Part shown: positions 1 through 12,807 of the stretch, one piece after another | Position numbering within the stretch: position 1 is the stretch's first letter | Layout: every line of letters begins with the position of its first letter | NCBI RefSeq assembly: GCF_009914755.1 | Contig: NC_060936.1 | Strand: one strand, 5' to 3' | DNA length: 64,000 nt | Source: the human T2T-CHM13v2.0 reference genome, Homo sapiens | Position numbers and translations under genes: made by a program | Notes under the pieces: generated by a model | Seen by the model: the letters and a program-made list of their open reading frames with translations, nothing else | What the model was told of the DNA's origin: nothing | Databases searched by the model: none

Positions 1-700
1 CCTATTCACTTTATAATCTGTGTCTGACTATTCCAATATCTGACATCTTTGTGACTCTCTTTTCACTGGCCGTTCATGTTTCTGGTCTCCCTTATGGTAT
101 CATTTTTCCTTGTGGGCTTGGTTATTTTTGACTATGTACCACCACGTTTCCTTAAAAATTATTTATGGGGATTCCCTAGGCCTTAAAGTTCCTCCTCTAG
201 TTAGAATTTGTATTTACTCCTGTTGGATCCCTAGGCGCATAACCATCCCAGAATTACTTTAAACTAAATTTACAGCTTGAGGATTCCTGGACCACTCCAC
301 TAATGTGAGACAGGGCTGAAAATCCATGCAAGAGTTCACTTGTGGTTACCAGTTTTAAGGGACAACTTTTTAAAGATTCGATTTCCCCCTTCTCTGCTCA
401 GCATGAAATCTCACCCTTAGAAAGTTCCCTACATGTGGATTGTGATTAGGAAAGTGCATTTACTTAGTTCAGAGTTTTAGTTTAATGTGCTTGTCTCCTA
501 TTTGGATTCTCATGGATCTGGACCTTGACTTATATACCCCATGCCCCTTGAGGCCCTCTAAACTTCAGCTCAATTTTATCTAGGTCAGAAAATTTCCTCA
601 GGGGAAAAAGAAAGCAGCTTAATGAGGTGTTCATTTTTCTGAATATTTGCTCTCTTCTAGAGTTTGGCTTGGTATCTCATCCTCACAATCTTTCGAAATT
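1..700 (-). mobile_element. Ancient L1M LINE-1 fragment (5'/ORF1-side region)
   Basis: T-rich degenerate sequence (e.g. gtgtctgactattccaatatctga) resembling the L1M antisense segments at 26 kb and 59.7 kb; boundaries approximate. Confidence 0.45.
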
Positions 701-706
701 TTTTAT

Positions 707-1011
707 TCTTTTTTTTTTTTCTTTTTTTTTTTGAGACAGGGTCTCACTCTGTCACCCTAGCTGGGGTGCAGTGGTGGGATCTTGGCTCACTGCAATCTTT
801 TCCTCCCAGGTTCAAGTGATCCTTCCACCTCACCCTCCTGAATGGCTGTGAGTACAGGCACTCACCACCACTTCTGGCTTTATTTTTATTTTTGGTAACA
901 ACGGGGTTTCGCCATGTTGCCCAGGCTGGTCTCAAATTCCTGAGCTCAAGCAATCTGCCCACCTTGGCCTCCCAAAATGCTGGGATTACAGGTGAGCCAT
1001 CGCTCCTAGCC
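707..1011 (-). mobile_element. AluJ SINE
   Basis: Poly-T, then gagacagggtctcactctgtcacc...tgggattacaggtgagcc; dimeric with AluJ-type residues and high divergence. Confidence 0.93.
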
Positions 1012-1710
1012 TTCTTTGATTCTTTTAAGAAAATGAGTTTAGCAATTAGAATTGTTATGAATAGACTAATTCGTTACTGGAAATGCTGTTACTGGAATTG
1101 GAAGTTGTAGGAAATCTTTTACATTTACCTGAATGCTTATAGAATTGCTTCAGTTTCCTTGAAATTTAAAAATAGCACCAGGATATTTTAAGGTGATGAC
1201 TTTTTAAAATTAATTTTGCCTAGTTCATAAGAAGCCTTTTTGATTTACTGATTTCATGAGTTTTCCCACAGATAAATAAGATAGTTATTTTATTATATCT
1301 TTATCACCTGTGTTCCATTTCTTCTGATCATTTCTTTAGAAACAAAGTCTTTTTATATCTATCATTTTCCTCCTTTGGATTCATTTACTTCATATTGTTG
1401 GATAATTTCTCAAGCATTTCTAACCTTACAAGTGATTTTTTTTGTCTACAGTGGTGTTGCTATTTTAATTTCTACTTGTAGTAATGTAGAAGATATTTAT
1501 ATGACATTATTTCCTTCATTATAGCTTTAAAATTTTTCTAGTTCTCTTTTGTCTCAGTATTTCATTGTTTTTGATTCAGGTTTCTTTCTGTACTTCCAGA
1601 ATCCATAATTTTTGTAATTTTATTGAATATTAATTCATGATATAGTATTTTATGAAAATAATTGTATTTATTTTCATAAATACACTCATATCTTTCCTTG
1701 TTTTCAGAAT

Positions 1711-2228
1711 TGTTATCAAGCAAATGGGTTCACTACCTGATGTACACAGAAACCAATAACTATAGCACTAGCTTTTGAGAAAAGAAAGACTTTATTGCAA
1801 AATGAGTCAACAAGGAGTCAGGAGTGAGCTCAAATCTGTTTCCTCAATCTGGGGTCTGGAGCAAGTGTATGGGCTTGGAGAGCAAGAGAAAAGATTTAGG
1901 AATGTAGATTTGTAGAATCTGATTGCAGGGGTTCAAATTTGACCAGTTATGGTAAGGTATATTGAAGTGAATTTTAGCTCTAGATCTTCTGGGTCAACAG
2001 ACCCCTTGCTTCAGAAAGAGTTCTGGTATTATGGTTCCAGTCATGTTCCAGTCTTGTTGGCTTTGAGGAGAGAAATCATTTGTTTTGGGTATTGTTAGAG
2101 GTCAAAGCTTTTCCTGTTGTGCATGCCTGGGCTTCATGACTTGCAGTTTTTGGCTCTGTTACTACAAGGTAACTCAACATTTTGTTATTAACAACATGGG
2201 CCCAGTTTGGGCTGGTCCCAGAGTTACA
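1711..2228 (-). mobile_element. Solo ERV1-class LTR (MER4-group-like; subfamily uncertain)
   Basis: TGTTA...TTACA termini; flanks gaat/ggat (4-bp TSD, 1 mismatch); AATAAA on the minus strand (tttatt at ~1791). Confidence 0.65.
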
Positions 2229-2849
2229 GGATCTTTATATTGGTCCATTGTGATTTTATTTATTTTTCAAATTTTTTATAATCACTTTTAAAGTCTTAGA
2301 TAATAAATAAAATTTAAATGATAGATTCCACTGAAAATAATTAGCCAAAACATAAAGCAGGTAAATTGCACCATTCAAACACATAATTCTTTTTAAACCT
2401 AAAAATAAGGAAGAAATACTTAAATCTTAGTTCTTTATTTGTACATAGAACTTTTTAACACTATATATAAATGTGAGAAATCATTTTGGCCAAAAAAGAA
2501 GTCAGAAGTCAAAATTCATAAAACAAACCTTAGGAATGTGGAGGTTAAGATATTTTCTGCCCTACCAATTAATTATTATTTATTAAAAGAAGTAGAGAGA
2601 TCTGTATACATGAACAAAATTGAGACAACATGCAGGTATATCTGTTGACACCACTTAAAAAAACCCACATTTATTTTGAAAGGACTTGTGAACATCCAGT
2701 CAATAGAAAAATACATTCAGAAAACACTTACTGAACATTTATGATGTGTCAGACACTGTGTTAGAAACTTGGGAGGCAAAGCTTCTACGTCTAAGAAGCT
2801 CAGAGTCAAGTTGGGGGCAGGTAAGCACAAACTTTAAATATTTACAGTA

Positions 2850-2890
2850 TTCTCTCTCTCTCTCTTTCTCTCTCTCTCTTTCTCCTCCCC
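2850..2890. repeat. (TC)n microsatellite
   Basis: Directly visible. Confidence 0.9.
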
Positions 2891-2943
2891 AACCTGTTTT
2901 ATCTAAACATGAGTTATACATGATATGTACAAGCTTATACATT

Positions 2944-4299
2944 CAGTTATGTGTCCCTTAACAGGGATATGTTCAGAGAAATGCATCATTAGGCCATTTC
3001 ATCATTGCGTGAACATCACAGAGTGTACCATATGTACATAAACCCAGATGGTGTAGTGTGGTGTGGTGTACATAAACCTACTCCACACTTAGGCTATATG
3101 GTATAGCCTATTGCTCCTAGGCTACATACCTGTGCAGCATGTTACTGTACTGAATACTTTAGGTGTCTGTAACACAATGGTATTTGGGTATCTACACATA
3201 TCTAAACATAGAAGAAGTGCAGTAAAAATATGGTATAAAAGATTCAAAAATGGTGCACCTGTATAGGGTACTTACAATAAATGGAACTTGCAGGACTCAA
3301 AGTTTCTCTGGGTGAGTCAGTAAGTGAGTAGTGAGTGAATGTGAAGGCCTGGGACATTACTGTACACTACTGTAGACATTATAAACACTGTGCACTTAGG
3401 CTACACTAAATTTATTAAAAATACTTTTCTTTATTCAGTAAGTTAACCATAGCTTACTATTAAATTTTTACTTTACAAGCTTTAAAATTTTTTAACTTTT
3501 TGATTTTTTTGTAATAACATTTAGCATAAAACATAACATATACACATTGTACAGCTATACAAAAATATTTTCTTTCTTTATATCTTTATTTCATAAGCTT
3601 TTTTCTATTTTTAATTTTTTACTTTTTAAAGTTTTTGGTAAAAACTATGGTACAAACACACACATTAGTTTAGGCCTTGTATTAGTCAGGTTCTGTAGAG
3701 GGACAGAACTAATAGGAGAGAGATATATAAAGGGAATTTTATTAAGTATTAACTCACATGATCACAAGGTTCTACAATAGGTCACAAGGTTTCACAATAC
3801 GCCGTCTGCAGGCTGAGGAGCAAGAAGAGCCAGTCTGAGTCCCAAAACTGAAGAACTTGGGAGTCCAATGTTCAAGGGCAGGAAGCATCCAGCACGGGAG
3901 AGAGATACAGGCTGGGAGGCTAGGCCAGTCTAGTCTTTTCACGTTATTCTGCCTGCTTTATATTCAGTGGTAGCTGATTAGATGGTGTCCACCCAGATTA
4001 TGAGTGGGTTTGCCTTCCCCAGCCCACTGACTTAAATGTTAATCTCCTTTGACAACACCCTCACAGACACACTCAGGATCAATACTTTGCATCCTTCAAC
4101 CCAATCAAGTTGACACTCAGTATTAACCATCACAGACCTATACAAGATAAGGATCATCAATATTGCTGTCTTCCACCTCCACATCTTGTCCCGTTGGAAG
4201 GCCTTCAGGGGTATTAGCAGCTCTGTTATAATCTTATGGGACCACTAATGTATATGCAGTTTGTCATTGACCAAAATGTCATTATGTGGCACATGACTG
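2944..4299 (+). mobile_element. Tigger3b/GOLEM (MER7-type) TcMar DNA transposon, interrupted by MLT2A
   Basis: TIRs cagttatgtgtc.../...ggcacatgactg followed by TA; body matches recalled Tigger3 sequence (gagaaatgcatcattaggccatttc, ggtatagcctattgctcctaggctac). Confidence 0.85.
3678..4134 (-). mobile_element. MLT2A1/2 solo LTR (ERVL)
   Basis: Reverse complement starts tgtgatggttaatactgagtgtcaacttgattggg; 5-bp TSD ggcct/gacct. Confidence 0.9.
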
Positions 4300-6562
4300 T
4301 ACTTATATATATCACTTATTTGTGTATACCATATGTCTTTGAATGTATATATGGAAGTTGGTCATGAAGGTAACGTTTGTGTGAAATATTTGCCCTTTTA
4401 GTTTCCTGTGGAACCTGGAAGGATCAGGATTCCTGAAAATTTAAACCAGAACTCAGATATTCCAGTAATTGCTCATCAAGTGCCCACTAGTAGCTAAGCA
4501 TCTGCTACACAACAGCATACAAAGTCTGGAAGGTAATGAAAATAGTGCAAATGGGTTCCCCATTTCTTTTCCAAGAAAAACCTCCTAATGGGTTGCTGAT
4601 GAGCTAATCAGGTCAAGTGTTCTCTGAGTTGCCCTCTTTCTACAGTCAGCAAGCATAACATTTTGTTAACCTATTGACACAGAGGAAATTTGTTTTCCAT
4701 CTGACCTTTTACAGTAACTACTCAAAATTACTTTCTCTTCAGCTAACAAAGCTAATGAATAAATTATTCAAGTTTGACACTCATAGAAAATAACATTTTA
4801 CATTTTTCATTTTTATTCCTGATTATTTTGCTTTCTTTTTCAGCCATTACTTCTTTCCCTATGAAGAGTTTTAATCTTTACGGAAATTTTGCAGTGTTGG
4901 TTTAGAGAGTCATACTCGGACTCTCTGGAACTAATCACATTCACAAAATAAGTTTCTTATTTTGCAAATATAACATTTATATATGTTGAAATGGTCACAT
5001 GATAATTTTGTAAATGCAGATAAATTCCATTAAGAATTTATAACCATTTGTATAAGAATAAAATTTTAACTTTGGGCTACATGTAAACAAAAGGTTTCCT
5101 AAGGAAATAGTTATTAGAACAAAAATATTTGGGACATTTTAAACCTGAGAATAAACTCTTCTCCAAGATGGAAAAGTGAATTATAGGTCTTTGTTATTAT
5201 TCTTTATGAAATCTTAATTCTAAGCATCTCTACTCACTAACATTTTGTTAAATTTATTCCTTTAATAAAAATTTCTTCAAAATTATCTTAATGTCCAGCC
5301 TTTTATCTGTCTCAAACTGTCCTTTCACTAAACAGGTCCAAATTGGATGTTTACTTGCAGTGAATATGTTTTTAATGGTTTGTTATATTCAGAGGATCAT
5401 AACTTCAAAGATGGTCATCAATTAATTCACAAAGGTAAGCTTTTCTTCACTCTTTGTGGTTAGGCCAATTTAAATAATACATGTTAGAGAATGAGCATCT
5501 ACATATTTCCTCTGCAGACTGACTATTCTAACATTCACTATGCTAAGAGTATTGTTATTTGAGCATCACTAAATGCATTCACCTTCCCAATTTTCAGAGA
5601 CAAAGTCAAACTCACTCATATTTATCATGAATGTGCATACAATTCTATTAATTTAACATTTTCCATCAATGTAATAAAATAGCAATATTATTTTATACTT
5701 GTTAGAAAGATTCTACCAAGAGTATTTTTGATCATCATCAGCAAGTGGTCACTGTTTCTTTTGGAAGATGCTCCTGGTCACTAAAAACTGTATCACTTTA
5801 ACCACAACCTCGTTAAACTGGGTTCAGAGACTCACAAATTATATCAACAGTAGCATTTCTTTCAGTTGAATTTGCAAAGTAGGCTTTTATTCTCTATGTG
5901 TTCCAATATCTACCTTGAACAGTCTTAGAACTAGTTAAAGCATTTATTAAGTACTCTTGTAATGAAGGAAGTAATGATTAATTGATAACTACTTTTGTTA
6001 TGCTTATAAAACATTTTCCCTAAACTTTACCTTAATTTTGGGGGATTGTGAGGGAAGTCTCCTTTACTTTAATTACTTATCGACCCAGGTATCAGACAGT
6101 CATAATATCTTTTTTTTTTAAGCAGGTAAAACTAGACTTTGTATGGGAATTCTTAAGAAATGTCAGAGAGCTGGTCCTGTTGAAAAGTTTAGCAGTTATA
6201 GAAAAATATTTCAAAACATAAATGTAGCAGTTTAAACATGATTTGGTGTCCAGAATAACTTGTTGGTCTTATTTTTCATTTTCAACATAAATATCAACTG
6301 CCACTGTATAATTGAATCACAAACATATTTGAATTCAGGAATTTTTATACTGAAATATTTCTCTGTGAGCAAATCCCACCTCACCAAACAGAAAGATTTT
6401 GTTACTGTTTGTGTGTTCTAAAATCGAGAAAGCCTTATATTATATAATTCTCTGTTGGGTATTTTATGTATCTGTATACTTTTTTATTCCACTTCCCCTG
6501 TCATTTTTGTATTCCTCAAAATATCTAGGACAGCATTTTTGCATGCTCGTGTACATTTAAGA

Positions 6563-6805
6563 ATATAGCATAGTGGTTAAAAACTTGGCTTCTGCAACCA
6601 GACTGCTTAGGTTCAAATCTTGGCTCCATAACCTTCAGTGCTATGACCTTTGTAATTCACTCAAACCTCCTATGCCTTGGATTTCTCATCTATAAACCAG
6701 AAGGTGGATTAACTGTCGGTGGATTAAATGAGTCAGCACATGTAGAACACTTCAAGTAGTAGCTGGTACATATCAGGCTCTTAGTAAACATTAGCTATTA
6801 TTATT
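6563..6805 (+). mobile_element. MIR SINE
   Basis: gcatagtggttaaaa, ggttcaaatcttggctcc, tttctcatctataaa core, ggattaaatgag, tagctattattatt tail. Confidence 0.85.
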
Positions 6806-6807
6806 TT

Positions 6808-8042
6808 TAACAAGTATTAAGCACCTGTTACACTGAAACTGTGCTGTGGGTGCTGGGGATGCCACGATGAACAAGTACTCATCTTTACTTCTATCATAAA
6901 ATGTAAAGTTTGGTGAAATATTCAGGCAAACACATGGGTCATTGTAATACAGTATGATAACTGCTATCATAGGGTAGTGTAGGGTGCCACAATTGCCTAA
7001 TGGAGGACCCCTTACCAGACTAAGGGTATCAGGAAAGTTTTTCTGGTCTAAGCAGTGTCTAAGCTGAGATCTGAAGAATGGTGATATAGCTTGTACCCTC
7101 CAAATCTCATGTTGAAATTTGATCCCCAGTGTTGAAAGTGGGGTCCAGTGGGAGGTGTTTGGGTTATGGAGGTGGATCCCTCATGAATGGCTTTGTCATT
7201 CTTGTGAGACTGAGTGAGTTCACACTCTTATTCCCGTGAGATCTGGTTGTTAAAAAGAGTGCCACCTTCCTCCCACCCCGTCTCTTCCTTCTGCTCTTGC
7301 TGTGTGATGCCTCCTCCCTTTGCCTTCTGCCATGAGTGGAAGCTTCCTGATGTCCTTCCCAGACATAGCTGCTCTTGCCATGCTTCTTGTACAGCCTGCA
7401 GAACCATGAACCAAATAAACCTCTTTTATTTATAAATTACCTAGTCTCAGGTGTTCCTTTATAGCAATGCAAACAGATTAGACAGATGGGTAGGGGCTTG
7501 CCATGTGATAGTGAATGGTGTGGAGGAATGCAGTTTCAAGAAGACAGGGTAGCCAGAGGATCCATGATACAGGGGAAAGAGAGTATGACACATTTAAGGA
7601 CTTAACAAGGCTCAGTTAAATGCACTATATAGTTCATGACAGGGGATGGTGCACAAACCTCTCTATTCTGAGAAGAATAGGCAATCACTGAAGGTGTAGA
7701 AGAGAAGGGTGTCATGTTCATATTTTAGTTTTCAGATCTCTCCAACTCCAGTGTAGGTAATATACTAAAGTGAGTTTAAAAGTTGATATAGGAAGATCAG
7801 TTAAAATGCCAGTGCACCATCCAAGAGAAAGATGTTGGAGGCTTGGAACTAGAGTGGTAGGGGTGAATAGAAAAAGAACTTGAGAAATCTAAGAGACGTT
7901 TATGGGAAAAGAGTCAGAAGGACTTGGTAATAATACAGTGCTAGATATGGAGTGAGAGTGAGAAAGAAGACCTAAAGATGGATTCCCAGGTTTCTAGATT
8001 GAGCATGTGATTGATGCCATCTACTGAGACAGGAAACATTGT
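6808..8042 (-). mobile_element. L2 LINE 3' region (interrupted by MST; resumes at ~15945-16080)
   Basis: tattaagcacct...gtgctgggga, ctaagctgagatctgaag, gattcccaggtttctag...gatgccatctactgagacagg motifs typical of L2 antisense. Confidence 0.75.
7082..7484 (+). mobile_element. MSTB-type MaLR solo LTR
   Basis: tgatatagc...ccaaatctcatgttgaaatttgatcccc...aataaacctc...agattagaca; TSD aatgg/gatgg. Confidence 0.88.
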
Positions 8043-8043
8043 C

Positions 8044-8497
8044 TGTAATGAATGGACAGTGGTTGTGGCTAGTCAGTATATATCCTTGGTAATTATGTCT
8101 CAATTGTCAACTAGGAGCAACTCCTGCTCAATCTCAATTCATGTGCTCTTAGATGGAGTTGATTCCACCTCCAGCTCCAAGGGTGGAGCACATGAACCAG
8201 ATTGGACCAATTAGTGCATCACATTCTCCCAGCCACATGTCAGGGTTGGTCACAGCAACTAAGCTGACACAGTTAGAGTGAGTCTGATAGCTTTGGTGGG
8301 ACTTGTTGAAAAAGGCATGGGAGTGTGAATTGTTGGAGCTGAAGCAGTTATCTTGAACCCACTAGAGGAATGTCTGCGAGAAAGGAGCCAACGCAGTGGA
8401 AAGCAGAGCTGAGAGAGAGAAGAAAATTCTGAGAATGCCCTTTAAGTACTGAATCTAGCTATGCCTATGTCATCCTCTCCCTTGCGCTTTTTCTTTT
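8044..8497 (+). mobile_element. MLT1K/L-type old MaLR LTR (3' end displaced to 15852-15910 by the L1 insertion)
   Basis: ccagctccaagggtggagcacatga, ccaattagtgcatc; the LTR end (aataagttgtttttggcttaagccag) resumes after the L1. Confidence 0.65.
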
Positions 8498-8814
8498 CTT
8501 TTTTTAAATTTAATTTAATTTTAAGTTCCAATATACATGTGCAGGACGTGCAGGTTTGTTACACAGGTAAATGTGCGCCATGATGATTTGCTGCACCTAC
8601 CAAGCCATCACCTAGGTATTAAGCCCCGCATGCATTAGCTGTTTATCCTGATACTCTCCCTCTCCCGATCCCCCACCCCGACAGGCCCCAGTGTGTGTTG
8701 TTCCCCTCCCTGTGTCCATGTGTTCTCATTGTTCTGCTCTCACTTATAAGTGAGAACACGCGGTGTTTGGTTTTCTGTTCCTGTGTTAGTTTGCTGAGGA
8801 TAATTGCATGTCTA

Positions 8815-10377
<1,563 letters not shown>

Positions 10378-10419
10378 TATGCTAGCTGATTATTTTGTAG
10401 GCTTGTTGATATAGTTGCT

Positions 10420-12290
10420 TCACAGTGTCATTGGCCTTTGTACTTCAGTGTATTTTTGCAGTGGCAGGTACCATTTTTTCCTTTCCACATTTAGTGCTTC
10501 CTTTAGGAGCTCTTACAAGGCCAGCCTGGTGGTGACAGACTCCATCAGCATTTGCCTGTCTGAAAGAGATTTTATTTCTCCTTCACTTATGAAGCTTAGT
10601 TTGCCCAGATTTGAAATTCTGGGTAGGAAATTACTTCCTTTAAGAATGTTGAATATTGCCCCCTATCTCCTCTGGCTTATAGGGTTTCTGCTGAGAGGGC
10701 CACTGTTAGTCTGATGGGGTTCTCTTTGTAGGTGACCTGACCTTTCTCTCTTGCTGCCCTTAACATTTTTTCCTTCATTTTGACCTTGGAGATTCTGATG
10801 ATTATGTGTTTTGGGGTTGATCTTCTCATGGAGTATCTTACTGGAGTTCTCTGGATTTCCTGAATTTGAATGTTGACCTGTCTTGCTAGGTTGGGGAAGT
10901 TCTCCTGGATGAGATCCTGAAGTATGTTTTCCAACTTGGTTCCATTCTCCCTGTCTCTTTCATGTACCCCAATCAGTTGTAGGTTTGGTCTTCTTACATA
11001 ACCCCATAGTTCTCGGAGGTTTTGTTTGTTCCTTTTCATTCTTTTTTCTCCAAACTTGTCCGCCTGTCTTATTTCAGCAAAATTGTCTTCAAGCTTTGAA
11101 ATTCTTTCCTCCACTTGGTCCATTTGGCTATTGATACTTGTGGTTGCATTGTGAAGTTCTTGTGTTGTGTTCTTCAGCTTCATCAGGTCATTTATGTTCC
11201 TCTCTAGACTGGTTATTCTGGATAACAGCTCCTGTAATGTTTTATCATGGTTCTCAGCTTCTTGCATTGGGTTAGAACACACTGCTTTGGATCAGAAAAG
11301 TTCATTATTACCCACCTTTTTTTTTATTATTATACTTTAAGTTTTAGGGTACATGTGCACAACATGCAGTTTTGTTACATATGTATACATGTGCCATGTT
11401 GGTGTGCTGCACCCATTAACTCGTCATTTAATATTAGGTATATCTCCTAATGCTATCCCTCCCCGCTTCCCCAACCCCACAACAGGCCCTGGTGTGCGAT
11501 GTTCCCCTTACTGTGTCCATGTGTTCTGATTGTTCAGTTCCCACCTATGAGTGAGAACATGTGGTGTTTAGTTTTTTGGCCTTGCGATAGTTTGCTGAGA
11601 ATGACGGTTTCCAGCTTCATCCATGTCCCTACAAAGGACATGAACTCATCATTTTTATGGCTGCATAGTATTCCATGGTGTATATGTGCCACATTTTCTT
11701 AATCCAGTCTATCATTGTTGGACATTTGGGTTGGTTCCAAGTCTTTGCTATTGTGAATAGTGTCGCAATAGACATATGTGTGCGTGTGTCTTTATAGCAG
11801 TATGATTTATAATCCTTTGGGTATATACCCAGTAATGGGATGGCTGGGTCAAATGGTATTTCTAGTTCTAGATCCCTGAGGAATCGCCACACTGATTTCC
11901 ACAATGGTTGAACTAGTTTACAGTCCCACCAACAGTGTAAAAGTGTTCCTATTTCTCCACATCCTCTCCAGCACCTTTTGTTTCCTGACTTTTTAATGAT
12001 TGCCATTCTAACTGGTGTGAGATGGTATCTCATCGTGGTTTTGATTTGCATTTCTCTGATGGCCAGTGATGATGAGCATTTTCTCTTGTGTCTTTTGGCT
12101 GCATAAATGTCTTCTTTTGAGTATTACCCACCGTTTGAAGCCTTTTTCTGTCAATTCATCCATCTCAGCCTCCGCCCAGTTCTGTGTCCTTGCTGGAGAG
12201 GTGTTCCAATCATTTGGAGGAGAAGAGGCACTCTGGCTTTTTTGAGTTTTCAGCATATTTTTTCATTGATTCTCATCTTTGTGAGTTTAT
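10420..12290 (-). pseudogene. Disrupted L1 ORF1 split by a nested L1
   Basis: ORF 12008-12256 starts with SQSASSPPND; ORF 10677-11282 carries the coiled coil and RRPNLQLIGVHE...ENFPNLARQ. Confidence 0.85.
11317..12121 (-). mobile_element. 5'-truncated L1PA4/5-like LINE-1 (~0.8 kb) nested in the host L1 ORF1
   Basis: Poly-T tail, 3'UTR and ORF2 C-terminus (ORF 11629-12051, HCWWDCK); TSD tattacccacc at 11306-11316 and 12122-12132. Confidence 0.92.
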
Positions 12291-12807
12291 CCAGCTTGAT
12301 CTTTGAGGCTGCTGACCTTTGGGTGGGGTTTTGGTGGGGACTGTTTTGTTAATGCTGTTGTTGTTGTTGCTTTCTGTTTTTCTTTTGAGAGCCAGGCCCC
12401 TCTTTTGTAGGGCTGCTGCAATTTGCTGGGGATCCTCTCCAGACCCTATTTACCTGGGTCCCTCCCACACCTGGAGGTATCACCAGTGGAAGCTGCAGAA
12501 CAGCAAAGATGGCTGCCTGCTCCTTCCTCTAGGAGATCAGTCCCAGAGGGGCACCAACATGATGCCATTGGGAACACACTCCTGTATAAGGTGTCTGGAG
12601 ACCCCCGTTGGGGGGTCTCACCCAGTCAGGAGGCATGGGTTCAGGGACCCACTTAATAAAGCACTCTGGCTGCCCCTTGGCAGAGGGGGTGCGCTGTGCT
12701 GGGGGGAATCCCAGTCACCGGACTGCCCAGATTCCTCAGAGCCGGCGGGGGAAAGACTAAGTTGGCTGATCTGTGGAGACCATGGTTTCCCCTTCCCTCA
12801 GGGACTC

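Noticed and set aside
5706-5790. Possible fourth exon after the 42-nt candidate
   Set aside because: Weak acceptor, no convincing donor, and an early stop in the continuing frame
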